This document shows, piece by piece, positions 20,267 to 30,799 of a stretch of 64,000 nt of DNA. The number at the start of each line of letters is the position of its first letter. Within the stretch, counting starts at the first letter, position 1. The notes beneath the pieces were generated by a model, which saw nothing but the letters and a program-made list of their open reading frames with translations, had not been told where the DNA came from and made no database searches. Location of the stretch: NCBI GenBank assembly GCA_963662795.1, contig OY759746.1, forward strand, positions 2,240,001-2,304,000. The letters run 5' to 3'. Made by a program: the position numbers and the translations under genes. Source of the DNA: Spirochaetia bacterium. Lineage in GTDB: Bacteria; Spirochaetota; Spirochaetia; CADAEX01.

Positions 20267-20303
20267 TTTCCTGCTGTCTCCCTATAAGGGGGACGGCAGG
20301 AAA
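20267..20303 (+). terminator. Stem-loop terminator after the mmd operon
   Basis: TTTCCTGCTGTCTCCC ... GGGGGACGGCAGGAAA hairpin. Confidence 0.65.
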
Positions 20304-20427
20304 TCTTAATCTTACATCGTTCGTAAAAAAGCATTGTGTTGCAAAGAGATAATAAAAACTGTACAGCATATAACGGGAAAACTGATAGCAAGGGGTTTTA
20401 AAATGTATCCGGAGCCATACCCGTAGA

Positions 20428-20628
20428 ATGGGAGTAATTAACCTATATTTATCCATTAACCGGAAAAAGCATATTGATGATTTAAAAAACAAAATGGAAA
20501 AGTATGTTTTACCGGATAAAGAGTTTTCCGGTAAAACGCTTTCTGATATTACCAGGGGCGACATAATTGATCTGATGCAAAGGCTTGCCCGGGAACCCTC
20601 TGATAAAATACCTGGGCGGGACAGATAA
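20428..20628 (+). pseudogene. Tyrosine integrase N-terminal (core-binding) fragment
   Basis: EKYVLPD...LSDITRGDIIDLMQRL resembles integrase SAM-like domains; no catalytic domain; sits where AT-rich DNA begins. Confidence 0.45.
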
Positions 20629-21051
20629 AAACAGGGATACGCAGGCGTTCTATACACATATTAAATCTGAGAATCTTGTAATTGTCGCGGATAAGATCGA
20701 TGATATCTACAGTGGAAAGAGTAATGTAATCCAGTTTGAGAAGAATGTCTGAATAGTAACGTCCATTCCCCCAGTTGATAATCAAAGGGAATCAACAGCA
20801 TTACTAAAAATATACCAAAAAAAATTCTCTGAATATACAAAAAAACTCAATTTAAATAATCTAATAATTGCAAAATCCATGAAAATAATAATTGACAATA
20901 TTCAAAATATTCTAATGAAATGATTAAAGAAAAAAAGTTGGAAATAAGAAATGTTTTACAACTAGACCTTAATAAATAATAATACAGTTTAAATATTTAT
21001 TCAGTAATAAAAATAATAGAGTATTTAATATATTCATAGGGGTTAATTTAA

Positions 21052-22155
21052 TTGATAAATTCCATACTCAATTCAATGAAGGATATACCTAATTTATCTA
21101 AAACACGGATAAATCAAAAGTCTTTGATGATTCTTTTAGAATCATCATCATTGAGAATTATCATAACTGATAATACGGGGCAAGTTGTATATGTTAACTG
21201 GAATTTTGCCTTAAGCCTTGGATATACAAGGGAGGAATTGTGCAGTCGTCGTTTTCAAGATATAACTGTTTCAACTTATCTTCCGGAAAATATAAATAAA
21301 TTTCAGAATATTATAAACAAACGGTCTGATTCATATTATATGGAAAAACAATTAATAAAAAAAAATGGTCAGATTATCAATGTCAGAATTGATGCTTTTC
21401 CTTTTTTTTTAGATATGAATGATTCAATACATGTGATTGGATTTTTTCAAGATTGTACTTCTTCTGTTGAAAATGATAAGATAACAATAAATACTGAACT
21501 GGATAAAAAATACAATGAAATGCCACTAGGAATTTTAGTTTGTGATAAAGATAAATGTATTGTATATGGGAATAAGTTCGCTGCTGATTTTCTTGGATTC
21601 TCAGAAAAGGAAATGGAAAAACTTCCTCTGGAAAAAATCTTAGATATTAATCAAAATAAAAAAATATTTTCTGAGATGATGCAAAAAAAAATTTTTGATA
21701 AAAAATTAATATTACAGGACAAGAATCGTTTTTCTCTTTTTGTTCATGCACAAATATTTATTTATCCGGCAAATATAATTAATAATGAATATTTTTTTAC
21801 AATTATCTTTCAGGATAATCATTATATTAACAATAAAAATAATAAAGATTTTCGGGAGAATATGCTTTTCAGTGACTTAGAAAAAGTAAGAGAATCAATT
21901 AACTCATTTTTAGAAGATTTTATGGATAAACGGCAATCACACACAATTATTAATCTTGATGATTATAACATTACTAATCGGGAGAGAACAGTACTTGCTT
22001 TAATCCTAGAAAGAAAAACAACAAAAGAAATTGCCTATAATTTAGGGTTAGCTGAAATAACCATAAGAAAATATTTAACAAGTTTATATCAAAAATTAAA
22101 AGTTAGTGGAAGGGAAGATCTATTATTTTTACTTCTTGGAAAAACAATAGAATAG
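21052..22155 (+). CDS. PAS-PAS-LuxR transcriptional regulator
   Basis: Two PAS-like segments (YVN..F...LGY.REEL; YGN..AADFLG), C-terminal ITNRER..L..KEIA..LGLAEITIRKY HTH. Confidence 0.85.
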   Translation: MINSILNSMKDIPNLSKTRINQKSLMILLESSSLRIIITDNTGQVVYVNWNFALSLGYTREELCSRRFQDITVSTYLPENINKFQNIINKRSDSYYMEKQLIKKNGQIINVRIDAFPFFLDMNDSIHVIGFFQDCTSSVENDKITINTELDKKYNEMPLGILVCDKDKCIVYGNKFAADFLGFSEKEMEKLPLEKILDINQNKKIFSEMMQKKIFDKKLILQDKNRFSLFVHAQIFIYPANIINNEYFFTIIFQDNHYINNKNNKDFRENMLFSDLEKVRESINSFLEDFMDKRQSHTIINLDDYNITNRERTVLALILERKTTKEIAYNLGLAEITIRKYLTSLYQKLKVSGREDLLFLLLGKTIE

Positions 22156-22224
22156 TAGTTTTTTATTTGATATAAAAAATATTTTAAAATACTTTAACTT
22201 TATCGGGTATTTGATATTACTCGT

Positions 22225-22848
22225 CTAAAATAAAAATAATTGTGATTCTTCTGGATGACTTATTTTTTCCTGCCAGTATTTTCTTTCATCCCTCTCCACG
22301 GCTTTTGTCTTATGGGAATGAATGTAACGCAGAATAACATCCATATTTTTTGTATTGAAATAGATAATCCGCCCCCTGTTCCCTCCCAAGTCCACAGCGT
22401 CTAAAAATATTTTCTCAGTTTTCAGAAATTCAATAATGAATTTCTGATTAATATCAGATATTTTAAAAAAATCATCTTTTTCATCAAAATCAAGGACTGC
22501 AGCTCCTCCGAAAACTTTTGCCCTTATCTGTGAGCGTATGGCTCCCTTCTTCATCATATCATTGATTAAAAGCTCCATTGAATTAATGCCGTACCTTCCC
22601 GCTTCGCAGAGCAGAAGAGGAGGATGAGCCTTTGGATAGCGGGGAGCTGCCAGCAGAAAATGATTCATACCTGCCACTGAATTTTCCCGATCATAAAGAC
22701 AGGCTGAAACGCAGGACCCCAAAAGAGTCTGGATTATTAAAGGCTTTGATGAACAATAGAATTCTCCTGGGTGAATTACAAAAAGATCAAGATCTGAAGG
22801 CAGATGTTTAAGTGAATGTTTTAAAAAATTACTTCGATTGATAATCAT
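22225..22848 (-). CDS. cheD: Chemoreceptor glutamine deamidase
   Basis: TLLGSCVSACLYD, GMNHFLL, AKVFGGA, DLGG..GR. Confidence 0.92.
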   Translation of the reverse strand: MIINRSNFLKHSLKHLPSDLDLFVIHPGEFYCSSKPLIIQTLLGSCVSACLYDRENSVAGMNHFLLAAPRYPKAHPPLLLCEAGRYGINSMELLINDMMKKGAIRSQIRAKVFGGAAVLDFDEKDDFFKISDINQKFIIEFLKTEKIFLDAVDLGGNRGRIIYFNTKNMDVILRYIHSHKTKAVERDERKYWQEKISHPEESQLFLF

Positions 22849-22858
22849 GTATTAATTA

Positions 22859-23920
22859 TTACGTACTTGATAATTTATTACGAACATATTCAGGTATATC
22901 TTTTAGTGGGAGGACACAATCAGATGCTCCCAGATTAATTGCTTCCTTTGGCATTCCCCATACAATAGAGGAAGCCTCATCCTGCGCAATTGTATAACCG
23001 CCGGCATTCTTTATCTTAAGCAATCCCTGTGCCCCATCCTTTCCCATTCCCGTGAGAAGAATGCCAATGCAGTTCCGTCCTGCCTGTATAGCAACGGATT
23101 CAAACATGGTATCTACTGCAGGCCGCTGGTTGCATACTTTCGGGCCGGAAACGATTCTTAAAGTTCTTTCAGTACCTTGAGTCCTGAGAAGCATATGGTA
23201 ATTCCCAGGAGCGATGTAAATTGTTCCTGAAAGAAGTCGTTCCCCGTTTTCTGCTTCTTTCACCATCACCTGACATATATCATTCAACCGGGACGCAAAA
23301 GTCGCGGTAAACCTTTCTGGCATATGTATCACTACCAGAGTGGGAGGGAAATCCGGATACCAGTTTTTAAATATTTCTTCGAGGGCAATAGTTCCCCCTG
23401 TGGAAGCTCCAACCGCAATCAGTTGATTAGTTGTTTTAAGTGTTGCCAGATAACTCTTTTGTCCCTTTTTTCCTGTTACAGCTGTTTCCTGCAGTTTTTT
23501 TGAATTGGCCTGGAGTTTCGAAAGATCAACTTCATTGGCAGAGATAATTCGATCTATTAGAATATCAACTACTTCCTCTATACTGAAAGGTCCACCCGGT
23601 TTGGGAACCACGTCCACAGCTCCCAATTCCAGGGCTTCCATGGCAGCCTTACTGGAAGATTTTGCCAGTGAAGAGACAATTATGACCGGTTTGGGATAAT
23701 ATTTCATTAACTGCCGGAGAAATGTCAATCCGTCCATTCTGGGCATTTCAATATCAAGAGTAATAACATCAACATCAGTTTTTTCAAGCTTATCCCGCGC
23801 AACATAGGGATCAATTGCGCTTCCCACAACTTCGATTCTTGGATCCCTGGAAAGCTTTTCCGTAAGGATCTCACGAACAATTGCTGAGTCATCCACTATC
23901 AGCACTTTAATTTTACTCAT
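22859..23920 (-). CDS. cheB: Chemotaxis response regulator methylesterase
   Basis: REC domain (VDDS, LDIEMP, KP) plus GASTGG, HMP, LTGMGKDGA. Confidence 0.96.
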   Translation of the reverse strand: MSKIKVLIVDDSAIVREILTEKLSRDPRIEVVGSAIDPYVARDKLEKTDVDVITLDIEMPRMDGLTFLRQLMKYYPKPVIIVSSLAKSSSKAAMEALELGAVDVVPKPGGPFSIEEVVDILIDRIISANEVDLSKLQANSKKLQETAVTGKKGQKSYLATLKTTNQLIAVGASTGGTIALEEIFKNWYPDFPPTLVVIHMPERFTATFASRLNDICQVMVKEAENGERLLSGTIYIAPGNYHMLLRTQGTERTLRIVSGPKVCNQRPAVDTMFESVAIQAGRNCIGILLTGMGKDGAQGLLKIKNAGGYTIAQDEASSIVWGMPKEAINLGASDCVLPLKDIPEYVRNKLSST

Positions 23921-23924
23921 AAAT

Positions 23925-24728
23925 TCAAACCGTCCTTATAAACATGGAATGGCCCATTTTCTTAAGCTGTGGAGGGGGATTTAAAAGTGCTTCCGTATGT
24001 CCCACAAACAATAGCCCGCCAATTTTTAAATTATGAACCAGATTATCAATGACCTGTTGTCGACCCGAATCATCAAAATAAATCATTACATTGCGGCAAA
24101 AAATATAGTCAAATAATTCACTGAACCTTATATCTTCAAATAAATTCAGCTTTTTAATCCTGAGGTATTGCCTGAGTTCTTTTCTTATTTGATAGGAATC
24201 ATTATCACGTTTCTGAAAATATTTGAGGATATGGGCACGTGAGGTATTTGAAAACTTACCGGAAGAATAAACTCCCTTGTTCATTACCTTGAGGACCTGA
24301 GCATTCACATCAGAGCTGACTATCGTAAAATCTTCGATTCCCTTCTCCAGAAGCGTGATGGCAATGGAATAAGGTTCCTCTCCAGTAGAACTTGCAGCGC
24401 ACCAGATTAATGGTGCCTCAGTCTTTTTCTTAGTTATTTCTTCAGAGAGAATTTCAAAATGAGATTCTTCCCGGAAAAAAAATGTATGACCTACCGTAAT
24501 CGTTTTAAGCAACAGGTCCACTGCTGGCGGATAACCTCTTGAAACCTGATCATAAAAGTCCCACAGATTCCCTGTAATAGCAGATAGCTTGTCGAGTTTG
24601 GCTTTTAAAAGGTAAAGCTTTAACGAGTCATAGTATATACCATAGTTGCGGTAAATCAGTTCGCTATACTTTGAAAGAAGCTCCCTACTTACAGGTTCCG
24701 ATTTATTGTTTTCAGGAGCTTTAAACAT
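23925..24728 (-). CDS. cheR: Chemotaxis protein methyltransferase
   Basis: TFFFRE, IWCAASSTGEEPYS, IFCRNVMIYF, GHTE. Confidence 0.95.
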   Translation of the reverse strand: MFKAPENNKSEPVSRELLSKYSELIYRNYGIYYDSLKLYLLKAKLDKLSAITGNLWDFYDQVSRGYPPAVDLLLKTITVGHTFFFREESHFEILSEEITKKKTEAPLIWCAASSTGEEPYSIAITLLEKGIEDFTIVSSDVNAQVLKVMNKGVYSSGKFSNTSRAHILKYFQKRDNDSYQIRKELRQYLRIKKLNLFEDIRFSELFDYIFCRNVMIYFDDSGRQQVIDNLVHNLKIGGLLFVGHTEALLNPPPQLKKMGHSMFIRTV

Positions 24729-26407
24729 TATTTATCATCCACATCCTGAAATTCTTCATCGTCATCCAGCGGGATTCTGTAATTCTTACTTTCATTATTA
24801 GCCGAAATAGCCAGCCTCTCCTGATTTTTAGGTAACTGATACATACGGCCTCCCTTGGAAATTAACCCCTGAGTGCTTTTTATTTTATCAGATTCACTCC
24901 GTTTGGATTTAGGAGCGGATTTCTTCATTGAAACTGCAGACTGGTTAACAGCTCCCATCACCAGAACAGACAGTTCTGTAACCATCTCATTCAGGCCTTC
25001 CACCTGGGATTTAAGCTCTTCCGCTGCGCTGGCTGTCTCTTCAGAACTTGCCGCATTCTGCTGAACAACAGTGTCAAACTGGATAATTGCAGTGTTTGTC
25101 TGGCTGATTCCCATGTCCTGCTGACGGCTTGCCGTCTCAACCTCTTTAGTCATCTCGTTTACCTTTTTGGAGTTGGTAGTAATTTCCTTAAAAACTTCAG
25201 CCAGTTCGTTTGCAAGATTGAGGCCTTCCTGGCTTTTCTGCAGTGAAGTCTTGATCATCTGGGCAGTCTCCTTGGCGCTGGAAGCACTCCTGTTGGCCAG
25301 ATTTTTTACCTCATCGGCAACAACTGCAAATCCCAGGCCCGCTTCCCCGGCCCGCGCTGCTTCAACCGCAGCGTTTAATGCCAGCATATTTGTCTGAAAG
25401 GCAATGTCATCAATCACATCGATAACAGCGCTGATATCGTCAGCAGATTTACCGATCTCGGTCATTGCTATCAGCATTTTATCCATCTGCTCCGATCCCT
25501 GAACTGAAGCATCAGAACTCTTGGCTGCAAGAAGACTTGCCTCCTTGGCGTTTTCCACATTCTGTTTTACCATGGATGCCAATTCCTCCATGGAACTTGT
25601 AGTCTCTTCGATTCCGGAGGCCTGTTCTGTTGCCCCGCTTGCTATCTGCTGGGCACTGACCGAAAGCTGATTGGAAGCGTTTCCTATCTGATCCGATCCG
25701 TTGGTCAGAGAATCAACTATCCGCAATATCGGCTTTGTTATAGACCGGGAAAGGATAATCCCGAGAATTATAGCCAGAAGAAAGCCGGCGCAGACAGCTA
25801 TCATTATAATCTTTTCCATCAAACCAATTGATGAAACTGCAATGGCTGTTTGTTCATCTGCATAATACTTTCTCACATACTCAACAAGATTCCGTAGACT
25901 CTCAGATATAATTTCAATATTTGTGTTCACTTCATTAAGATAAAAAGCATCTGTCAGAGTTTTACCGTAGGTAATCTCATCCATCCCCTGAGCTCTGCTG
26001 TCCTGCGCCTGTTTGATAAACAGATTATTGTATTTGCTAGCATTTTCTAATTTAAGGCGATAATCCTTGTAAAGTTTTGTTTCTTCCTCAGTTTTTGCAG
26101 TTTTTTCATACTCGCTGAGGAAACCAAGCATTTCAGTCCTCGCTGTATTGATGTTATTTATATGATATTCAAATCTGTTCTGAGGTATAAATGGTGAGGT
26201 TAAGATACTCAGACTTCCGCTGATTCTCTCTGTCCGGATAAAAACACTGTTCAGATTTTGAATATTGGGTATGGTACTATCAGCTAAATTTCTAAGATTA
26301 TTAGACGCTATTTGAATACCCCAAAAACCTACAGAACCCACTGCCAGTGTGATTACTCCAACTACTAAAAAACCGGTTATCAATTTTACAGACAGACTAA
26401 ATTTCAT
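24728..26407 (-). CDS. Methyl-accepting chemotaxis protein (2 TM, 4HB sensor)
   Basis: [33 protein letters not shown], methylation helices (EQAS..EET, QQNAA.SEE). Confidence 0.95.
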   Translation of the reverse strand: MKFSLSVKLITGFLVVGVITLAVGSVGFWGIQIASNNLRNLADSTIPNIQNLNSVFIRTERISGSLSILTSPFIPQNRFEYHINNINTARTEMLGFLSEYEKTAKTEEETKLYKDYRLKLENASKYNNLFIKQAQDSRAQGMDEITYGKTLTDAFYLNEVNTNIEIISESLRNLVEYVRKYYADEQTAIAVSSIGLMEKIIMIAVCAGFLLAIILGIILSRSITKPILRIVDSLTNGSDQIGNASNQLSVSAQQIASGATEQASGIEETTSSMEELASMVKQNVENAKEASLLAAKSSDASVQGSEQMDKMLIAMTEIGKSADDISAVIDVIDDIAFQTNMLALNAAVEAARAGEAGLGFAVVADEVKNLANRSASSAKETAQMIKTSLQKSQEGLNLANELAEVFKEITTNSKKVNEMTKEVETASRQQDMGISQTNTAIIQFDTVVQQNAASSEETASAAEELKSQVEGLNEMVTELSVLVMGAVNQSAVSMKKSAPKSKRSESDKIKSTQGLISKGGRMYQLPKNQERLAISANNESKNYRIPLDDDEEFQDVDDK

Positions 26408-26925
26408 TTTTCACTCCTTTCATTTGTCGCGCATTTAGATGCGACTTTTTTTATTTGTACAAACTCTTCATCATTGAGAATCTTGATGACATCAAGTATG
26501 ATTTTCATTCCCTCAGGAGTATCAGCAACTCCTTTTATGTACTCTGCCTTGACCTTGGAATTGATGTACGGCAAAGGATTAATCTTCTCTTCCGGTATGG
26601 GAATTACTTCATGGATTGCATCAACCACAAGTCCCATAAGCATCATGTCTCCATCCAGACTAACTTCAACAACTATAATGGTTGTCCTCTTGTGGTATTC
26701 ATTAAACGGAAGGCCGAATTTAAGTCTCAGATCAATAATAGGAATAATCTGTCCCCTGAGGTTGATCACCCCACGTATAAAATCCGGGGTCTGGGGCAAG
26801 GGTGTGATATCTGTCATACCCATCAGTTCCTTGACCTTAAGAATCTCCATGCAGTAACTTTCACCAGCCAGGGTAAAGTTCATAAAACGCGAACCTGCTG
26901 AAGTTCTTCTTCTGCTGTTCTCCAT
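26404..26925 (-). CDS. cheW: Chemotaxis coupling protein
   Basis: [28 protein letters not shown]; start taken at ATG 26925 behind AAGGAG. Confidence 0.95.
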   Translation of the reverse strand: MENSRRRTSAGSRFMNFTLAGESYCMEILKVKELMGMTDITPLPQTPDFIRGVINLRGQIIPIIDLRLKFGLPFNEYHKRTTIIVVEVSLDGDMMLMGLVVDAIHEVIPIPEEKINPLPYINSKVKAEYIKGVADTPEGMKIILDVIKILNDEEFVQIKKVASKCATNERSEK

Positions 26926-26947
26926 AATTTTCTCCTTATTCAATTTT

Positions 26948-27304
26948 TCAGATAAGCTTTTTGATTGCCCCCAGAAGCCTATCAGGCTCACATGGCTTAA
27001 CAATCCAGCCGGATGCCCCCAACTCCCGTCCTTTTTGCTTTAGTTCTTCCTTTGTCTCAGTTGTGAGCATAAGTATCGGTGTGGATGTGTAAGAAGGTAA
27101 TTGCCTGATTTCATCAAGCAGGGTTATACCATCCATTTCAGGCATATTGACATCCAGCAAAAAAAGATCAACCTGCTGAGAGTTCAGTTTTTCCAGTGCC
27201 CTGACTCCATTTTCTGCCTCAATAACAGTATATTCTCCAACTAAAGCGTTTTTTAATATGTTTCTTATAGAAGTAGAATCATCAACGAGCATTATGGTTT
27301 TCAT
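26948..27304 (-). CDS. cheY: Single-domain response regulator
   Basis: VDDS, LDVNMPEMDG, LTTE, GWIVKP; inside the che operon. Confidence 0.9.
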   Translation of the reverse strand: MKTIMLVDDSTSIRNILKNALVGEYTVIEAENGVRALEKLNSQQVDLFLLDVNMPEMDGITLLDEIRQLPSYTSTPILMLTTETKEELKQKGRELGASGWIVKPCEPDRLLGAIKKLI

Positions 27305-27316
27305 AAAAATCCCTCC

Positions 27317-28570
27317 TTAAAATAACTCAAAATCGTTATTACTCCTCTGCAGGTCAATTTTTTCAGCTAGCCCCAGACTTTTAATGGCAACTTCCAAAGC
27401 GTCTAACTCCCTGGAAGTTGTAAGCCGTTTGCGAAACCGTTCTATACTGTCAGTTTCCCTGAATTCAACATTTGATCCCTGGTGGTTTCGGATGAGTTCT
27501 GTTAACATTTTTAAAAAATCTTCCGTGACAAGATCAAGATTTTCCACTTCCTGAATAATTATTGCATGAAGCATTGACAGGGGAAAAAGATCATTCATGT
27601 TTCCTTCCAGTCCTTTAATAAACTGAAGTATTCCTGAATACAGATTCTTGAATTGACTGTAATGTCTGATAATGATTTCATTAAGATCATTAAAGGTTTC
27701 TTTTTCTTCATGGACCATGGTGGTAAGGCTGTTTTTATTATCCTCAAGTTCCAGGTAGACAGAGCTGAATATCCCCTTGCTTGAATCCGCAGTGACTCTG
27801 ATATCCTTGAGAAATTTCTGAGTCTCGTGAGCCAGTTTCTGTATTTCGTTGGCTATTACTTTAAAACCATTGCCCTTAACTCCAGCCCGGGCCGACTCAA
27901 TTGAAGCATTAATGGATAAAATATGAACACGCTCTGCTATGTCGGAAATATCACCTGTGAGTTTAAAAATGGAATCAAGGACAGCTTTGAGGCTTTTAAA
28001 TTTATTTTCAAAAACAGTAAAAGCATCAACAGATTTTTGGGCAACCAGATTTATATCAACCTGTAATTTATCTACATTGCCCGTCATTATATCAAGAGAG
28101 GATGAATTTATGATCTCCTGATCATGTTCCTGAACCTGTGCTATAAAATCTTTCATACCTGTTTTAATGACAACAAGACTCTCAGACATGGGTTCAGTGG
28201 TTTTATTCAGGTAGTCAACAATGCTTTTGAAAAGTGAGGGTATTGCTTTTTCATAAACCCCTATTTCCCCGATTAATACAGGACTTATTTTTTCAAGTTC
28301 CTCACTGTATCCGTTTCCCTGGATTGGTATTTTTTCGGTTACAGGTGGAGCTATCTCCTGTTTAATTGATGACACCTCTGTTTGATTAGTCTGTGGAATA
28401 TATCCAGGTAAAGGTATGCGGATTAACAAAAAAATACCCGTAATGCCTGTAATGAACGATAAAACAGACAGAACCAGAGCAAATGTATTAATAGTCCCTA
28501 AATAAAAAACAACAAGCGCTTCAAGTCCGGTTAGCCCTGTTACAGCTAATAATATCGCCCAATTTTTCAA
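27317..28570 (-). CDS. Atypical chemoreceptor (MCP tip domain, two adjacent TMs, no periplasmic sensor)
   Basis: IAERVHILSINASIESARAG..G.GFKVIANEIQKLA; ends DFELF. Confidence 0.8.
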   Translation of the reverse strand: MKNWAILLAVTGLTGLEALVVFYLGTINTFALVLSVLSFITGITGIFLLIRIPLPGYIPQTNQTEVSSIKQEIAPPVTEKIPIQGNGYSEELEKISPVLIGEIGVYEKAIPSLFKSIVDYLNKTTEPMSESLVVIKTGMKDFIAQVQEHDQEIINSSSLDIMTGNVDKLQVDINLVAQKSVDAFTVFENKFKSLKAVLDSIFKLTGDISDIAERVHILSINASIESARAGVKGNGFKVIANEIQKLAHETQKFLKDIRVTADSSKGIFSSVYLELEDNKNSLTTMVHEEKETFNDLNEIIIRHYSQFKNLYSGILQFIKGLEGNMNDLFPLSMLHAIIIQEVENLDLVTEDFLKMLTELIRNHQGSNVEFRETDSIERFRKRLTTSRELDALEVAIKSLGLAEKIDLQRSNNDFELF

Positions 28571-30663
28571 TTATCAGCCTCCAGTAAGCTGAGTTCTATT
28601 ATCTGGTCCACATCCAGAACAAGACCTATCTTTCCTCCACCCAGAACTGTCCCTGAAGTTACTCCTTTCATTTTTTTGAACCGGGAGCCCAACGATTTTA
28701 TGACAACTTCCCTTTTGGCAATAATCTCATCCACCAGAAGAAGAAATTTTCTTTTATCGGAACTTTCAGTTAATATTCCAATTACATTTTGCTCCGGAGG
28801 TGGGGGACTCATCCCTAATACCTGATGCATCCGCAGTACCAAGACAACACCTCCCCTCATGTCTATCATTTCTACTTTTCCATTTATTGTGTAAATCCTG
28901 GAGGTATTTACTTTAAATGCCTCAATTACAGAGCTGATAGGAAAAATAAAGAGATTTTCCCCAATCCGTGAAATCATCCCATCAATAATTGCTGTGCTTA
29001 AGGGAAAAGAAAGGTGAAAATAGGTGTAATTTCCCGGTTTGGTTTCAATTTCAATCTTTCCGCGATTATTTGCGATTGCCGAACGGACAATATCCATACC
29101 TACACCGCGCCCTGATATAAGATCAATATTTTCACGGGTACTGAATCCTGAGGTAAATATTAGCCCGTGTACCTGGGAATCACTCATTGATTCAGCTGCT
29201 TCGGGCCGTATAAATCCCTTGGCAATTGCTTTTGCAAGGATTTTTTCCCGGCTCAGTCCTGCTCCATCATCACCTATGGTTATAACAATAATATTCCCCA
29301 GCCTTTTAGCTCCAAGAAATATTGTACCCTGGGGATCCTTTCCAGCCTGTTGTCTGATTTCCGTTGTTTCAATTCCATGATCCAAAGAGTTCCGAATCAG
29401 GTGGATCAGCGGTTCTTCTAGTTTTTCAATAAGATTCCTGTCAATTTCCAGATCCTCTCCAAATATTTCCAGTTTGACCGGTTTATTGAGTTTTTTACTT
29501 AAATCCCTGATAACCCGCTTGATGTTACTGAACAGGGTCTGAACTGTTTCTGTACGCAATTCCATTGCACCGAACTGGATGCTGCGGGTGATTTTTCTCA
29601 TCTGAACAAGCGCAGGAGTATTTTCTGTTATCTGTCCCATGGAAATCAGAAGCTCTCCAATCATATCTACCAGAAAGTTGACCTTGGATGCCCGAACCTT
29701 AATAATCGGGTCTGTGGTTGCAATTTCGGAACGGCTCTGAACCGGTGCTTCTGTTTTTTGTTTTCCAAGGGTTTCCTGAAGTTCCTGGGATGTAAGATAA
29801 TTCTCTACTACGGCTATTTCTCCGAATTTTTTTGTATATGCCGATTCTTTCTGTTTTTGAAGAATCTGCTCCTTATCTGTTTCATTCAGTTTACCTTCCT
29901 GGACCAGGATATTGCCAAGGGCTGATTTTGTCTGATATGAGAGTTGCTCAAGTTTCTGAAAGTATAAATCCATTGAAACATTGCTGGAAACAAGATAGTC
30001 CCCGGTTTTAAGTTTATTGACAATCTGCAGGGACATATCCAGTCCTTCAAGGAGCATTTCTATTATTTCAGAATTCGGTTCCAGTTTTTTACTTCTGAGA
30101 GAGTCAAGCAAATTTTCAATGTTGTGTGTTAATTCTCCCAGAGAAGCAATTTTAAGAAAACCGCATTCACCTTTAATTGTATGAAACACACGGAAAAGCT
30201 TATTTATCAGATCAAGATTTGTAAAATCCTGTTCAAGATCAAGTATCAGTGTCTGGGCCTGAACCAGCCGGTCAGACGCCTCGGCGATAAATATCTGAAA
30301 TGATTCATCATCATGATAAATACCTGAAGCCTGTATACCCTCCCTTATTGTGCTGCCAATTAATTTTTTCATCCGCTCTTTTAAATCCTTAACAGCGTCA
30401 GGTGAGCTGTCTGGATCCATACACTGGAGAAGATCAATACCCTGGGTTAAATTATCCATAAAACCGGGTTGTCCTGCCTTGTTCATCTCGGCTCTGATTA
30501 AATTCAAAAGCCATTGAATCAACTCATAGGGCTCTTCCTGTTCAAGATAAAAATCTGTTAGAAGAGCGACGGAATCCTCAATGTCTGAAAGAAGCAAAAA
30601 ATCTCCTGTGTCATAATTCAATAAAGCATTGGTGATAACATTAAACTGTTCTTCACGATTCAT
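28567..30663 (-). CDS. cheA: Chemotaxis histidine kinase
   Basis: HPT FRVFHTIKG, HLIRNSLDHG, DDGAG, GFST, SGRGVGMD, C-terminal CheW-like domain. Confidence 0.96.
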   Translation of the reverse strand: MNREEQFNVITNALLNYDTGDFLLLSDIEDSVALLTDFYLEQEEPYELIQWLLNLIRAEMNKAGQPGFMDNLTQGIDLLQCMDPDSSPDAVKDLKERMKKLIGSTIREGIQASGIYHDDESFQIFIAEASDRLVQAQTLILDLEQDFTNLDLINKLFRVFHTIKGECGFLKIASLGELTHNIENLLDSLRSKKLEPNSEIIEMLLEGLDMSLQIVNKLKTGDYLVSSNVSMDLYFQKLEQLSYQTKSALGNILVQEGKLNETDKEQILQKQKESAYTKKFGEIAVVENYLTSQELQETLGKQKTEAPVQSRSEIATTDPIIKVRASKVNFLVDMIGELLISMGQITENTPALVQMRKITRSIQFGAMELRTETVQTLFSNIKRVIRDLSKKLNKPVKLEIFGEDLEIDRNLIEKLEEPLIHLIRNSLDHGIETTEIRQQAGKDPQGTIFLGAKRLGNIIVITIGDDGAGLSREKILAKAIAKGFIRPEAAESMSDSQVHGLIFTSGFSTRENIDLISGRGVGMDIVRSAIANNRGKIEIETKPGNYTYFHLSFPLSTAIIDGMISRIGENLFIFPISSVIEAFKVNTSRIYTINGKVEMIDMRGGVVLVLRMHQVLGMSPPPPEQNVIGILTESSDKRKFLLLVDEIIAKREVVIKSLGSRFKKMKGVTSGTVLGGGKIGLVLDVDQIIELSLLEADN

Positions 30664-30799
30664 GGATAATCCTTGTTTTTAGAAAAATATGAAGTATTAT
30701 TTTTAGCAAAAACAAACATCAATAAATGATTGATCTGTTTTCAATATCTTTCTCTTAACGTAAAATTAGTATTATCAGGCAATACAATACGCCTAATAA

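Noticed and set aside
26926-27003. N-terminal extension of cheW overlapping cheY in the ORF track
   Set aside because: A good RBS precedes ATG 26925; the extension is merely open frame over cheY.
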